Source: Nitrospinota bacterium
Lineage (GTDB): Bacteria; Nitrospinota_A; UBA7883; JACRGQ01
Reading direction: 5' to 3'
Length of the DNA stretch: 64,000 bases
Assembly: GCA_029881495.1 (NCBI GenBank)
Contig: JAOUMJ010000002.1
Location: 2,087 to 66,086, forward strand
The notes under the pieces were generated by a model, which was given only the letters and a program-made list of their open reading frames with translations, did no database searches and was not told the DNA's origin. Position numbers and translations under genes: made by a program. Position 1 is the stretch's first letter. Each line of letters starts with the position of its first letter. Positions 16,471-26,200 of this stretch are shown here, piece after piece.

Positions 16471-18951
16471 ATGGCGCAAAGAAAGGTTTCCGTTCTCTTC
16501 TCTTCACTCAGGACATTACTGCTCTTTTTTTCTCTTATCCCGTTATTAACGGCTTGTCCAGCCCCTACGGGAGAACCTGTACTGACATCATTGGTCATAT
16601 CGGGTGATTCAGCGATAAATGAAAACAGCAGTGCCACATATACGGCCATGGCGGAGTATGATGACGGCAGTTCCAAGGTTGTCAACGCGTACTGGTCGGA
16701 GGACAGCTCAGACGCTTCCGTGGATACCAGCGGAAAGGTAACAACAACAGAGGTGTCGGCTGACACACTTTTCACCTTGAGGGCCGAATTTGATACAAAG
16801 ACCGCTACCAAGGCGATTACCATTAAGGATGTATTAAATACGACTGACACCACCACTGACACCACGACTGACACCACGACTGACACCACGACTGACACGA
16901 CCACTGACACGACCACTGACACGACCACTGACACGACCACTGACACAGGTACTGGCACCGCCATTCCTTCTGTGACATCGGTTACAATAAACGATGGGGT
17001 CGCTTCGACAATTTCGGCTACCGTTAATGTGTCTATAGATGCTACGGATGACGTTGGTGTTACAGGCTACTTCCTCTCTGAATCAGCCACAACACCGGCG
17101 CTTGCCGATTTCATAGACGCTACATCCGCGGCAACTTTTAACGTCTCGACAACATTTACGCTTAGCGCGACATTTGGCACAAAGACGATTTATGTATGGG
17201 TAAGAGATGCGGCGGGGAATATTTCAGCTTCTGCTTCCGATTCCATAGGCCTTAATAAATTCTATTCAGATACATCTATTTCCATCCCTGATTATGACAA
17301 CGTCAACTGGAATCCCGGTGTTGCGACATCGACGATCAATATATCTGGAGCAACGTTTGTTACCAATGTAAGGGTAGGCGTCGATATCTCCCATGTCGAT
17401 GATCAGGACTTGGAAATAAATTTGATAAGCCCTTCGGGTCGTAGGGTAACTCTTTTCAATTACAGCCCATGGGAAAACCAGGCCACAAACCCTGGCAATA
17501 ATTTGACCTCGGCTGTTTTCGATGACTTTGCGAGCCAGGAAATCTTAAAGTCAACGGGGCCTTTCAGCGGATCGTATCGACCCGTCGGCTACCTCGCGTC
17601 ATTAGTTGGTGAAAGCATTAATGGGAACTGGCAGCTGGAGGTAAATGATTGGGGAGTAGATAACATCGGAACCATAAACGGCTGGAGCCTGGAGTTTGAA
17701 ACCGCCGCCACCGCGACTGTTCCGGTTCCTCCTGCTCCATTTATTTCTTGGAGGTTTTTAGAAAGTCAAGGTACGCCTTCCATGTACTGGCATCAGCTAA
17801 ATAACAGCCTGGAAACCGTAACGACAAATATATATATCGGCACTGCTCCTGGCGTTACTCCGGTTCCGACAAGTACGCCCGATATTTTAAAAATGGCGCC
17901 TGATTATAGCGGGGCCAATTGGTTCAGTCATACCTTCGCCGCCAGCGCTACGACATATTACTATGTGCTGACTTTTGAAACTGCCGCTGGTGAGAGCCTC
18001 CCGTCCGAAGAGTTCCAAATTACAACACCGGATTCAGGGTTAGGAACGCAAACACTGTTGACAAGCGATTACGCGGGTACCGGCGCGATCACCGGCTGGC
18101 TCGGTACAGGAACCTGGGGTACTACCAGCTCGACGGTAAACGCAGGTTCGACATCGTTTACCGATAGCCCGGCAGGGAACTACGCGCCTAATACTAATTA
18201 CTTCCTGACATCCACAACAGGCGTTGATATTTCAGGTTATACAAATCCGGTACTCTCCTTTGCCCACAAATATGATTTTGGTATTTGGACAAACGACACT
18301 GGATTTGTAGAAATTTCTACTGATGCCGGCGTAACGTGGAACCAGTTGGCAGCCTATAACTCCTATGACGGATCGGTGACAGCATGGACGCCAGAAGCGC
18401 TTTCGTTGGCATCTTATGCAGGTGCCCCTTCACTCAGGGTACGATTCAGGTTGTTTATTATGGATAACGGCGTTGCAAACACCTTTGATGGCTGGTATCT
18501 GGACGATATCGCGATCATAGACGTTCCTCCTTCTGGCGTCTATAACTCAACTGGGGCAGTGGCAATTTCAGATAATTCAACTGTGACTTCCACAATAACT
18601 GTTGCGGATACCGGGACAGTTGCCAGTGTCAAGGTATATGTGAATATAACTCATACATGGTCATCTGATATGACAATTGTTCTTATAAGTCCTAGTGGAA
18701 CCAGTCTAATACTGGCTGATGGGCTGGGGTCGATTGATTCTTTTGTCGATACGATCTTTGATGATTCCGCAACCTTGGACATCAATACCGCAGGTGATCC
18801 GTATACAGGCTCGCATAGAGCGGCTTCAATGCTTTCAAACTTAAACGGAGAAACCATAAATGGAACATGGACTCTTGAAGTGACAGATAGCGTGAACGGT
18901 GATGTAGGTACAATAAACAGCTGGTATGTCGAGATTGTTCCTGCTCCTTGA
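16471..18951 (+). CDS. Surface lipoprotein (826 aa): Ig-like domains, TTDT linker, two proprotein-convertase P-like domains, beta-sandwich domain
   Basis: Lipobox LTAC. P-domain-like segments VDISH...DLEINLISPSG...GNWQLEVND and VNITHTWSSDMTIVLISPSG...GTWTLEVTD...GTINSW. DGWYLDDI beta-sandwich motif. No subtilase catalytic motifs seen. Confidence 0.85.
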   Translation: MAQRKVSVLFSSLRTLLLFFSLIPLLTACPAPTGEPVLTSLVISGDSAINENSSATYTAMAEYDDGSSKVVNAYWSEDSSDASVDTSGKVTTTEVSADTLFTLRAEFDTKTATKAITIKDVLNTTDTTTDTTTDTTTDTTTDTTTDTTTDTTTDTTTDTGTGTAIPSVTSVTINDGVASTISATVNVSIDATDDVGVTGYFLSESATTPALADFIDATSAATFNVSTTFTLSATFGTKTIYVWVRDAAGNISASASDSIGLNKFYSDTSISIPDYDNVNWNPGVATSTINISGATFVTNVRVGVDISHVDDQDLEINLISPSGRRVTLFNYSPWENQATNPGNNLTSAVFDDFASQEILKSTGPFSGSYRPVGYLASLVGESINGNWQLEVNDWGVDNIGTINGWSLEFETAATATVPVPPAPFISWRFLESQGTPSMYWHQLNNSLETVTTNIYIGTAPGVTPVPTSTPDILKMAPDYSGANWFSHTFAASATTYYYVLTFETAAGESLPSEEFQITTPDSGLGTQTLLTSDYAGTGAITGWLGTGTWGTTSSTVNAGSTSFTDSPAGNYAPNTNYFLTSTTGVDISGYTNPVLSFAHKYDFGIWTNDTGFVEISTDAGVTWNQLAAYNSYDGSVTAWTPEALSLASYAGAPSLRVRFRLFIMDNGVANTFDGWYLDDIAIIDVPPSGVYNSTGAVAISDNSTVTSTITVADTGTVASVKVYVNITHTWSSDMTIVLISPSGTSLILADGLGSIDSFVDTIFDDSATLDINTAGDPYTGSHRAASMLSNLNGETINGTWTLEVTDSVNGDVGTINSWYVEIVPAP
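16840..16947 (+). repeat. 12-bp coding tandem repeat x9 (TTDT)
   Basis: ACGACTGACACC / ACCACTGACACG units encoding (TTDT)9. Confidence 0.95.
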
Positions 18952-18969
18952 CGAGTAATTCAAATGTCA

Positions 18970-19007
18970 GTCGCCATCGGCCCGATTCTGGGCCGATGGT
19001 GACGTTT
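18970..19007 (+). terminator. Probable intrinsic terminator of the lipoprotein gene
   Basis: 14-bp stem GTCGCCATCGGCCC/GGGCCGATGGTGAC, 6-nt loop, followed by GTTT. Confidence 0.6.
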
Positions 19008-19385
19008 AATCCGCCAGATTTTTGATTTTGCAAAACTCCCCCTAATTCTGTTTGGGGGAGTTCCTTTGGTTTGCACAGCAGTTTGGGGTAGCCACAACCA
19101 AAAGCAACCCCCTTTTAAGGCTTTTGCGAAGGAAGTGAGCGTAGAGGAGCCGGGATTATACAGACCTTTGTGCTTTTCCGCTTCTAAACCGGTTTCCTTG
19201 CGGTTACATCCCCCCTGGGTAAATTTCGCCCCATGTTTGGAGCGTCGAGCGGTTTTTCCGGGAGGGATACAAGAGAATGGGAGAGATATCTGACGGTGCA
19301 GTCCGGTTTTTTTGATTATAGCGGTGCTGGAAACCACCCCCGGAGGTACAATGACGGGGATGAGAATAGAGGCTCGCCCCCCCCC

Positions 19386-19542
19386 AAATATGGGAGGGAT
19401 CTAACCCCAGAAAATAAGGCCCGGTATGTAAGGTGTGACCATATTCTTGTGATAGGGGAGTATTCTTATGGCGAAACCGTGAAGCCCCGCGCTGTCGCAA
19501 GGTATCGACCCTTTGAAATGGTAGCTCCCTTTCTCGATTTCC
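19386..19542 (-). repeat. Direct repeat copy 2 (3' end of intact glgP)
   Basis: Matches 15970-16126. Confidence 0.92.
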
Positions 19543-21959
19543 CCTTCACACGTCATCGCGATCGATTTACCTTCGTTTATCTCGCCGTTGCTGTCCAGAT
19601 TGCCGTAATAGCACTCTACGACGATATCGTCCGGGGTCAGGTCCCCCAGCCTTACCTTTACCTCGACCGGCTTCAGGTTGCCGACAGCTGGGTGGAGGAA
19701 ACTGTCCTCCTTTATCTCCAATATCTTTATGTGAGGCCAGCCGTTTTTCAGCTTGTGCTTCCAGGCCGCGAGCGATTTTATTATTTCGGGCTGCTGTTCG
19801 ACCTGTTCATGCCAGCGTCTGCCGAGATCGAGGTAGAACTTCTCGGTGTACTCCCTTACCATCCTGTTGGTATTGAAGATCGGGATGAGGTTCATCATGG
19901 CGCTCTTCATCTTCCCTATCCACCCTCTCGGGAGCCCGTCCGTGCCCCTTGTGTAGAAGAGGGGGATGATGTCCTTCTCAAGAATTTCATAGAGGTTTCT
20001 CCCCTCGATAGAATCCTGGATCGCTTCATCCTTGTACTCCTCGCCGGCGCCTATTGCCCATCCGTTTTCATGGGAGTAGATTTCGTCCCACCATCCGTCG
20101 AGAACGGAGAGATTGAGGACGCCGTTTGCGGCGGCTTTCATTCCGCTGGTACCGCTCGCCTCAAGGGGGCGCCGCGGGTTGTTCAGCCAGATGTCGCACC
20201 CCTGAACCATATAGCGGGCGATGTCGATATCGTAATTTTCAAGAAAGATGATCTTTCGAAGGAACCCCATCTCCCTGGCTGTATGGACTATCTTCTTGAT
20301 GAAGTTCTTTCCCTCGGTATCGGCGGGGTGGGCCTTTCCGGCGAATATTATCTGTACGGGCCTCTCCTTGTTCTCAAGGATCTTCTCGAGCCTTTTGAGA
20401 TCGCTTAGGATCAGCGTTCCCCTCTTGTATGTGGCAAATCTCCGGCCAAATCCGATGGTAAGCGCCTCGGGATTAAGCGATTCCTCCGCCTGTTGCATTT
20501 CGGAATCGGACGCCCCCCGCTTCTTCAGCTGTTCGAGGAGCCTTTTGCGCGAAAAGGCCACGAGACGCTCCCTGCGCCTTTCGTGCATGCGCCAGAGTTC
20601 CGCGTCCGGAATGGCGGCGATTTTTTTCCATATGGTGTCGTCTCCCGGTTTGGTTATCCATTTGGTGCCGAGATAGCGTTCGTAGAGGTTTTTCAGCTCC
20701 TCGGATACCCATGTGCGTATATGTATTCCGTTGGTGATCGAGCGGATAGGAACATGGCTCACCGGAAGGCCGGGCCAAATGTTGTGCCACATCTGCCTGG
20801 ATATCTTGCCATGGAGTTTCGAAACTCCGTTATTGCCGGCAGAGAGCCTGAGGGCAAGCACCGTCATGCCGAACGGTTCGTTATGGTCTTCGGGATTGAT
20901 CCTCCCCAGGGTGAGGAGCCTGTCGACATCAAGCCGGGTCTCCCTTAAAAGCGGCTCCATGTATCTTTTGAGCATGCTCTTTTCAAACAGCTCGTTGCCT
21001 GCGGGAACCGGCGTATGGGTTGTGAAAACGGTTGAAACCCTGCACGCCTCCTTTGCTTCAAAGAAGTCGAATCCGTGCTTTTTCATCAGGTGAGCGATAC
21101 GCTCGACCCCCAAAAAGGCGGAATGCCCCTCGTTCATGTGGAATACCGTCGGATTCAGCCCCAGAGCCTCGAATATCTTTATCCCGCCAATGCCGAGGAG
21201 TATCTCCTGCTGTATCCGCATCTCCCTGTCTCCGCCGTAGAGCTGGGATGTTATCTGCCTGTCCTCTGGGGAGTTCTCCTGAATGTTCGTATCGAGGAGA
21301 TAAAGGGGAATTCTGCCGACTTCCGCCTTCCAGATATGCGCATATACGTTTCTTCCAGGGAACGGTATTTCGACCTTTACTGGTATTCTATCCTTCTCCT
21401 CCCTTTTAAGCGGAAGAAGGTAGAGGCTGTTTTCGGGATATTTTTCCTGCTGCCACCCGTCGGGATTGAGGTACTGCGTAAAGTAGCCGTGCGAGTATGC
21501 CAAACCGATCCCGACAAGCGGAAGGCCGAGATCGCTTGCCGATTTCAGATGGTCCCCGGCCAGCACTCCAAGGCCGCCGGAGTATATCGGCAGGCATTCA
21601 TCTATTCCGAATTCAAGCGAGAAATAGGCGATCTTTGTATCCTTGCTCCATTTCTGCAAGTGCTTCTCCTTGAACCATGTATCCGCTTTGAGATATTCCT
21701 CCAGGCTTATCAAAACCGTCTCAAGATGGGTAAGGAATCCGTCGTCCTCGGCAAGTTCGCGCAATCTCTCCTGGGTTGCGGTGCCGAGTACCTTGACCGG
21801 ATTGTGGTTGCAGGAATCCCAAAGGTCGGAATCAATCCTGCGAAGAAGGTTTACCGCGTCATGGTTCCAGGTCCACCAGAGGTTATATGCGATATCTTCA
21901 AGCGGTTTTAGCTTTTCCGGCAGTGAAGGTTCAACTATAAATTTTCTGTACTCAGGCAT
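19401..21959 (-). CDS. glgP: Alpha-glucan (glycogen/maltodextrin) phosphorylase
   Basis: YSGGLGVLAGDHLKSASDL, HMNEGH, FTTHTPVPAG, RRFATYKR, EASGTSGMKAAANG (PLP Lys). Confidence 0.97.
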   Translation of the reverse strand: MPEYRKFIVEPSLPEKLKPLEDIAYNLWWTWNHDAVNLLRRIDSDLWDSCNHNPVKVLGTATQERLRELAEDDGFLTHLETVLISLEEYLKADTWFKEKHLQKWSKDTKIAYFSLEFGIDECLPIYSGGLGVLAGDHLKSASDLGLPLVGIGLAYSHGYFTQYLNPDGWQQEKYPENSLYLLPLKREEKDRIPVKVEIPFPGRNVYAHIWKAEVGRIPLYLLDTNIQENSPEDRQITSQLYGGDREMRIQQEILLGIGGIKIFEALGLNPTVFHMNEGHSAFLGVERIAHLMKKHGFDFFEAKEACRVSTVFTTHTPVPAGNELFEKSMLKRYMEPLLRETRLDVDRLLTLGRINPEDHNEPFGMTVLALRLSAGNNGVSKLHGKISRQMWHNIWPGLPVSHVPIRSITNGIHIRTWVSEELKNLYERYLGTKWITKPGDDTIWKKIAAIPDAELWRMHERRRERLVAFSRKRLLEQLKKRGASDSEMQQAEESLNPEALTIGFGRRFATYKRGTLILSDLKRLEKILENKERPVQIIFAGKAHPADTEGKNFIKKIVHTAREMGFLRKIIFLENYDIDIARYMVQGCDIWLNNPRRPLEASGTSGMKAAANGVLNLSVLDGWWDEIYSHENGWAIGAGEEYKDEAIQDSIEGRNLYEILEKDIIPLFYTRGTDGLPRGWIGKMKSAMMNLIPIFNTNRMVREYTEKFYLDLGRRWHEQVEQQPEIIKSLAAWKHKLKNGWPHIKILEIKEDSFLHPAVGNLKPVEVKVRLGDLTPDDIVVECYYGNLDSNGEINEGKSIAMTCEGEIEKGSYHFKGSIPCDSAGLHGFAIRILPYHKNMVTPYIPGLIFWG

Positions 21960-22184
21960 AATTGCCCCCTGTTTTTACCTGTTCGTAACCGCGTATATGA
22001 TCAATCCGCAAAAAGTTAACCCTCATCACGTTCATTTTAACGTGTTGTGAGGATTTTCTAAATCATTATTATGCCGGATTTGAAAAGTAAACCTTGGATA
22101 TAAAGGGAATTCTCCCCCCCTTCAAAAAAGGGGGGACTCGCTAAATCGGAATCGGAACGGAGATGTAGAGCGAGCTTCCGGGGT

Positions 22185-22841
22185 TCAAAGCGAGATAATC
22201 GCGTTTGAATATTCCCTGTAATGATGCAGCACTTTGTCCGCATAGTAATACTTTATCCTTTTTCTCCTCTTCAGGTCTTTGCTTATGGAAGCGGGCCCAC
22301 GGTTGTATGCCTCAAGGGCCAATCGGACGTTCCCGAACTGCTGAAGAAGTTTTGAAAGATAATATGTCCCAAGCGCGATATTTTTCCTGCTGTCGTACAG
22401 GTTGCCTTCGTGATAATAGGCGACATTGGCTTTGTCGGCCACATAGCTGGCGGTAGGGGGGAGAAGCTGCATCAGACCTACGGCCCCCTTGTGCGAAACA
22501 GCAAATCGCTGAAAATTGCTCTCGGTCCTGATTACTGCAAGTATCAAAACAGGATCAATATTGTGCTCCTCGCTCTTGGCGAGAATGAGCCTGGCCAGTT
22601 TTTCAGGATTATGGTAGAGATTGCCGTCGGATTCCTTTAGGAGCGCCTCAACCTTGGCGCAAAATTCCGCCCTTAGCATCCAGTCGTTGTATTCCACCTT
22701 GAGACTTTTCAATTCTGCAATAAGGCCAGGCTTGGCATCTGCACTCTCCTGCTGTTTAAAATCCTCCACTGTGCGCAAATATCCAAACCCGAGAAGAAAT
22801 GGTATCGAAATAATTATGTAAAAAAAGCCTTTTATCCTCAT
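22185..22841 (-). CDS. Lytic transglycosylase (SLT domain)
   Basis: AVIRTESNF, AVSHKGAVGLMQL, ALEAYNRGP; N-terminal hydrophobic anchor. Confidence 0.92.
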   Translation of the reverse strand: MRIKGFFYIIISIPFLLGFGYLRTVEDFKQQESADAKPGLIAELKSLKVEYNDWMLRAEFCAKVEALLKESDGNLYHNPEKLARLILAKSEEHNIDPVLILAVIRTESNFQRFAVSHKGAVGLMQLLPPTASYVADKANVAYYHEGNLYDSRKNIALGTYYLSKLLQQFGNVRLALEAYNRGPASISKDLKRRKRIKYYYADKVLHHYREYSNAIISL

Positions 22842-23136
22842 CCTTTTCTCCTGTTTTTCCGTAGAGTACAGTATAGTTTGCGCTTGCCATTTATGGCTGG
22901 CAGAGTGGAGAGAGCCAAAATTTTAGTTCTGCATAGTCTCCACTTACGATACCGTGCTCAATTTAAAAGTTTGTTAAGCCGTATTTTGTTAGTAATTATA
23001 TATATAATGTATTTAAAAGAGAAGTATTTTATTAAAAAAATAAATTCAGATAACACCAATAAATACAGCGTGATAGACTTGGGCTGGGTTGTGAAATATG
23101 TGTTATAATGTACCAGTAGGAGGAGAAAGACCAAAT

Positions 23137-23229
23137 ATGTATGTCTTTCTATTGCCAATTATGTGTATTTGCATAACCATATTTGGAGTGAAATCTGGAT
23201 ATGTAGGTTTCCAAGGTAAAAAAAGATGA
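23137..23229 (+). CDS. Possible 30-aa hydrophobic peptide coupled to the downstream gene
   Basis: MYVFLLPIMCICITIFGVKSGYVGFQGKKR; AGGAGGAG upstream; TGA overlaps ATG 23226 (ATGA); extended -10 TGtTATAAT at 23101-23109. Confidence 0.35.
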   Translation: MYVFLLPIMCICITIFGVKSGYVGFQGKKR

Positions 23230-26200
23230 TAGTTTCCTGCCCAAACTGCGAAAGCAGGTACGATATCGAGCCTGGCGGAATTCCGCAAGGGGGGACATAC
23301 GCGCATTGCACCAATTGCGAAAACATTTTCTTCCTGAAAAAACGTAAAAAGGGTGAAAAACCTCGCGCCGCCGCCGTCGGAGCCGGCTCCGCATTGTCGG
23401 AAAGGGATACCGGCGAGATGAGGATTGCTGAAGATAACGGATTTAATCCAGATACCGACTCATTCCCGACCGGAGAAGAGGAGACGGCGCAGGAGCCGGA
23501 ATCGCTCTTTGATGAGATGTTGAATGAAGGTTTCGACGAAGGCCAGCCTCCGGGCGAACCTATGGAGGAGACATTCGCAAGTCAACAGAACGGTGTTCAG
23601 ACATTTTCAATCGAGGATGAGAACGGAGGTGTTGAAGAGAGCATCGCCGACGCGGTAGAAGAGGATATTGACGAGTTTTCTGACGGCACATCCGAGGTGT
23701 TGGAGCTTGAAGCGCCAAATCTCCTGATGGATGAATCTCTAGCAGAGATTGAAGAGGCCGATTTCGAGAGGGATTCTGAGGACCATATTCTTAATTTCGA
23801 AGATGAGGAAAGCGATGAGCCCCAGACGGTAGAAAATGAGATCAGCGACATTCTTCAGTCGGCAGGTCTGTTCGGCAATGGTGAGGCCGAGCCTATCAAG
23901 GCGGAGAGAGGGTTTTCCAGCATGGAAGAGGCGGGCGGGAGCGAATCCGAAGCGGATATCTTTGATGAAGTTAAATCCGAGATGGATATGTTTGAAGAGG
24001 TGAAATCTGAAATCGAAAAAACCGCGCCCCCCGAGACAATGACTGCCGACCTGGCGGAAGAGAGCGAGGTAGGGAGGATATTTGATGACATAAAGAGCGG
24101 AGCCGTTTCAGACGACAGCGGATCTCCTTCAAGCGAAACCGAATTCCAGGACGAAATAGACAAGCTGTTTGCGATGGCGGATGGGGAGGGAGACGCGTCA
24201 ACGCAGGCAGTCGGAAGAGGGGTGATCGATTCAATACTGGATGATTCCAGTTTTGATACAGAGGAGCATGAAGGGGACGCAATCAACGGCAATGGCGGGT
24301 ACAACAATCCGTTTGAAGAGTCGCTCCTTGGAACAGATTCCGATCCGGTGCATGACGAGGTTGATGATATCTTTTCAAGCGGGGGATTGTTCGATGATGA
24401 ATCTACAGGAGCGAATGCAAAGGAGCGGGGGCTCAAGGAGGGGACAGCGTCAGTACCAATGTCCGTGCAGGATGAGATAGATGAGCTTTTTGAACGTAAC
24501 CAGGAAAAGGGACAGACCTACATCATGCCTGAAAGCGCGGTTGAGGATGTGCTTGCACAGGCGGATCAAAGTTCCAAATCCGGCTTTGACGATGTCGACA
24601 TCGACGCTATATTTGCCGAATCGAGCCAGCAGGAGTTTTCACATGGCACAGAGCCGACTGATACGGAGATAGTAAATCTGGAATATACGCCCTTGCCTGG
24701 AGAGTCCTCCCCAATGGATGAATTTGCTGGCGAGGATATTGAATCCCTCTTTTCGGAAGAAAGCGAAGTTCCAGGCAAAAAAGACTCATTGGCGGAAGTT
24801 GATTCAGAAAAAACGGAATATGGCGGAGGTGGCGTGGAGCTCTCCCTGCAGGATGAAATAAACTCTATCTTGTCAGATTCATCTTCGGATTCGGATTCGC
24901 CGCTTGAATCGCCCGAGGCGCTTAGCGAACTGGATACGATAATATTTGAAAGTACAAAGAGAGGTGATTCTGCAAAAGGGCAGTCTGATGTTGATTCACT
25001 TTTCGATGTGTCAAAAGAGAATGACAAGCCCGAGCCAGCGCCAGCAGAGTTACCCACATCTTCCGGTTCCGGCGCTCAATTCAACATAGACGCCATATTT
25101 GCCGAGGCGGCCGGCGGCGGGTCTACAGGCTCGGCAGAGCCGGAGGCTTCAAAAGGTGTTTCATCAGGCGAAGAGATAGACATAGACGCGATATTTGCCG
25201 AGGTTAAAGGTGGCGGGTCTACAGGCTCGGCAGAGCCGGAGGCTTCAAAAGGTGTTTCATCAGGCGAAGAGATAGACATAGACGCAATATTTGCCGAGGT
25301 TAAAGGTGGCGGGTCTACAGTCTCGGCAGAGCCTGAGGCATCAAAAGACGTTTCGTCAGACGAAGAGATAGACATAGACGCAATATTTGCCGAGGTTAAA
25401 GGTGGCGGGTCTACAGTCTCGGCAGAGCCTGAGGCATCAAAAGATGTTTCATCAGATGAAGAGATAGATATAGACGCAATATTTGCCGAGGTTAAAGGTG
25501 GCGGGTCGACAGGCTCGGCAGAGCCTGAGGCATCAAAAGACGTTTCGTCAGATGAAGAGATAGACATAGACGCGATATTTGCCGAGGCTCAAGGCGGCGG
25601 GTCTACAGTCTCGGCAGAGCCGGAGGCTTCAAAAGATGTTTCGTCAGACGAAGAGATAGACATAGACGCGATATTTGCCGAGGCTCAAGGCGGCGGGTCG
25701 ACAGGCTCGGCAGAGCCGGAGGCTTCAAAAGATGTTTCGTCAGACGAAGAGATAGACATAGACGCGATATTTGCCGAGGCGACAGAAGGTATAGACGCAG
25801 AGCTGACAGATTCAGATACTTCCTCCAGCGTAGATCAAGGGGGACAGGCTGATATTGATGCCTTCTTTGCCGAGACAACCGGTGAAAAGAATGTAATTCC
25901 TGTTGTTGCGGATAAGGAAATTGACGTTAACCTGGGGGGACAGAACGATATAGACGCTATGTTTGCCGAGGCGGCAGGGGGGGAGACCGCTACGGTATCT
26001 GAGGCCCCTTCCGGCGACGACCTCGGCGGTCAGGATGATATTGATTCGATGTTTGCCGAAGCGGCAGGCGGGGAAACTGCTACGGTATCTGAGGCCCCTT
26101 CCGGCGACGACCTCGGCGGTCAGGATGATATTGATTCGATGTTTGCCGAGATGACAGACGGGGAACCCCCCGCGGTATCTGAGGCCCCTTCCGGCGACGA

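Larger units (their letters stand above)
15970..19542. mobile_element. Putative integrated cassette or island remnant at the glgP 3' end (repeat offset 3416 bp), no integrase inside
   Basis: Flanked by 157-bp direct repeats; single cargo gene; AT-rich leader 16200-16470. Confidence 0.55.

Noticed and set aside
16443..16964. VVSV-repeat minus-strand ORF
   Set aside because: Reverse reading of the TTDT repeat.
15970..19542. glgP duplication as a diversity-generating retroelement TR/VR pair
   Set aside because: Only 2 differences, not consistently at adenines of one copy; no reverse transcriptase in the window; the target is a housekeeping enzyme.
19233..21911. Long + strand ORFs (391 aa, 278 aa)
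   Set aside because: Antisense to glgP.
22860..23100. AT-rich tract as oriC or dif
   Set aside because: No clustered DnaA boxes or XerC/D dif consensus seen; explained as a divergent promoter region.
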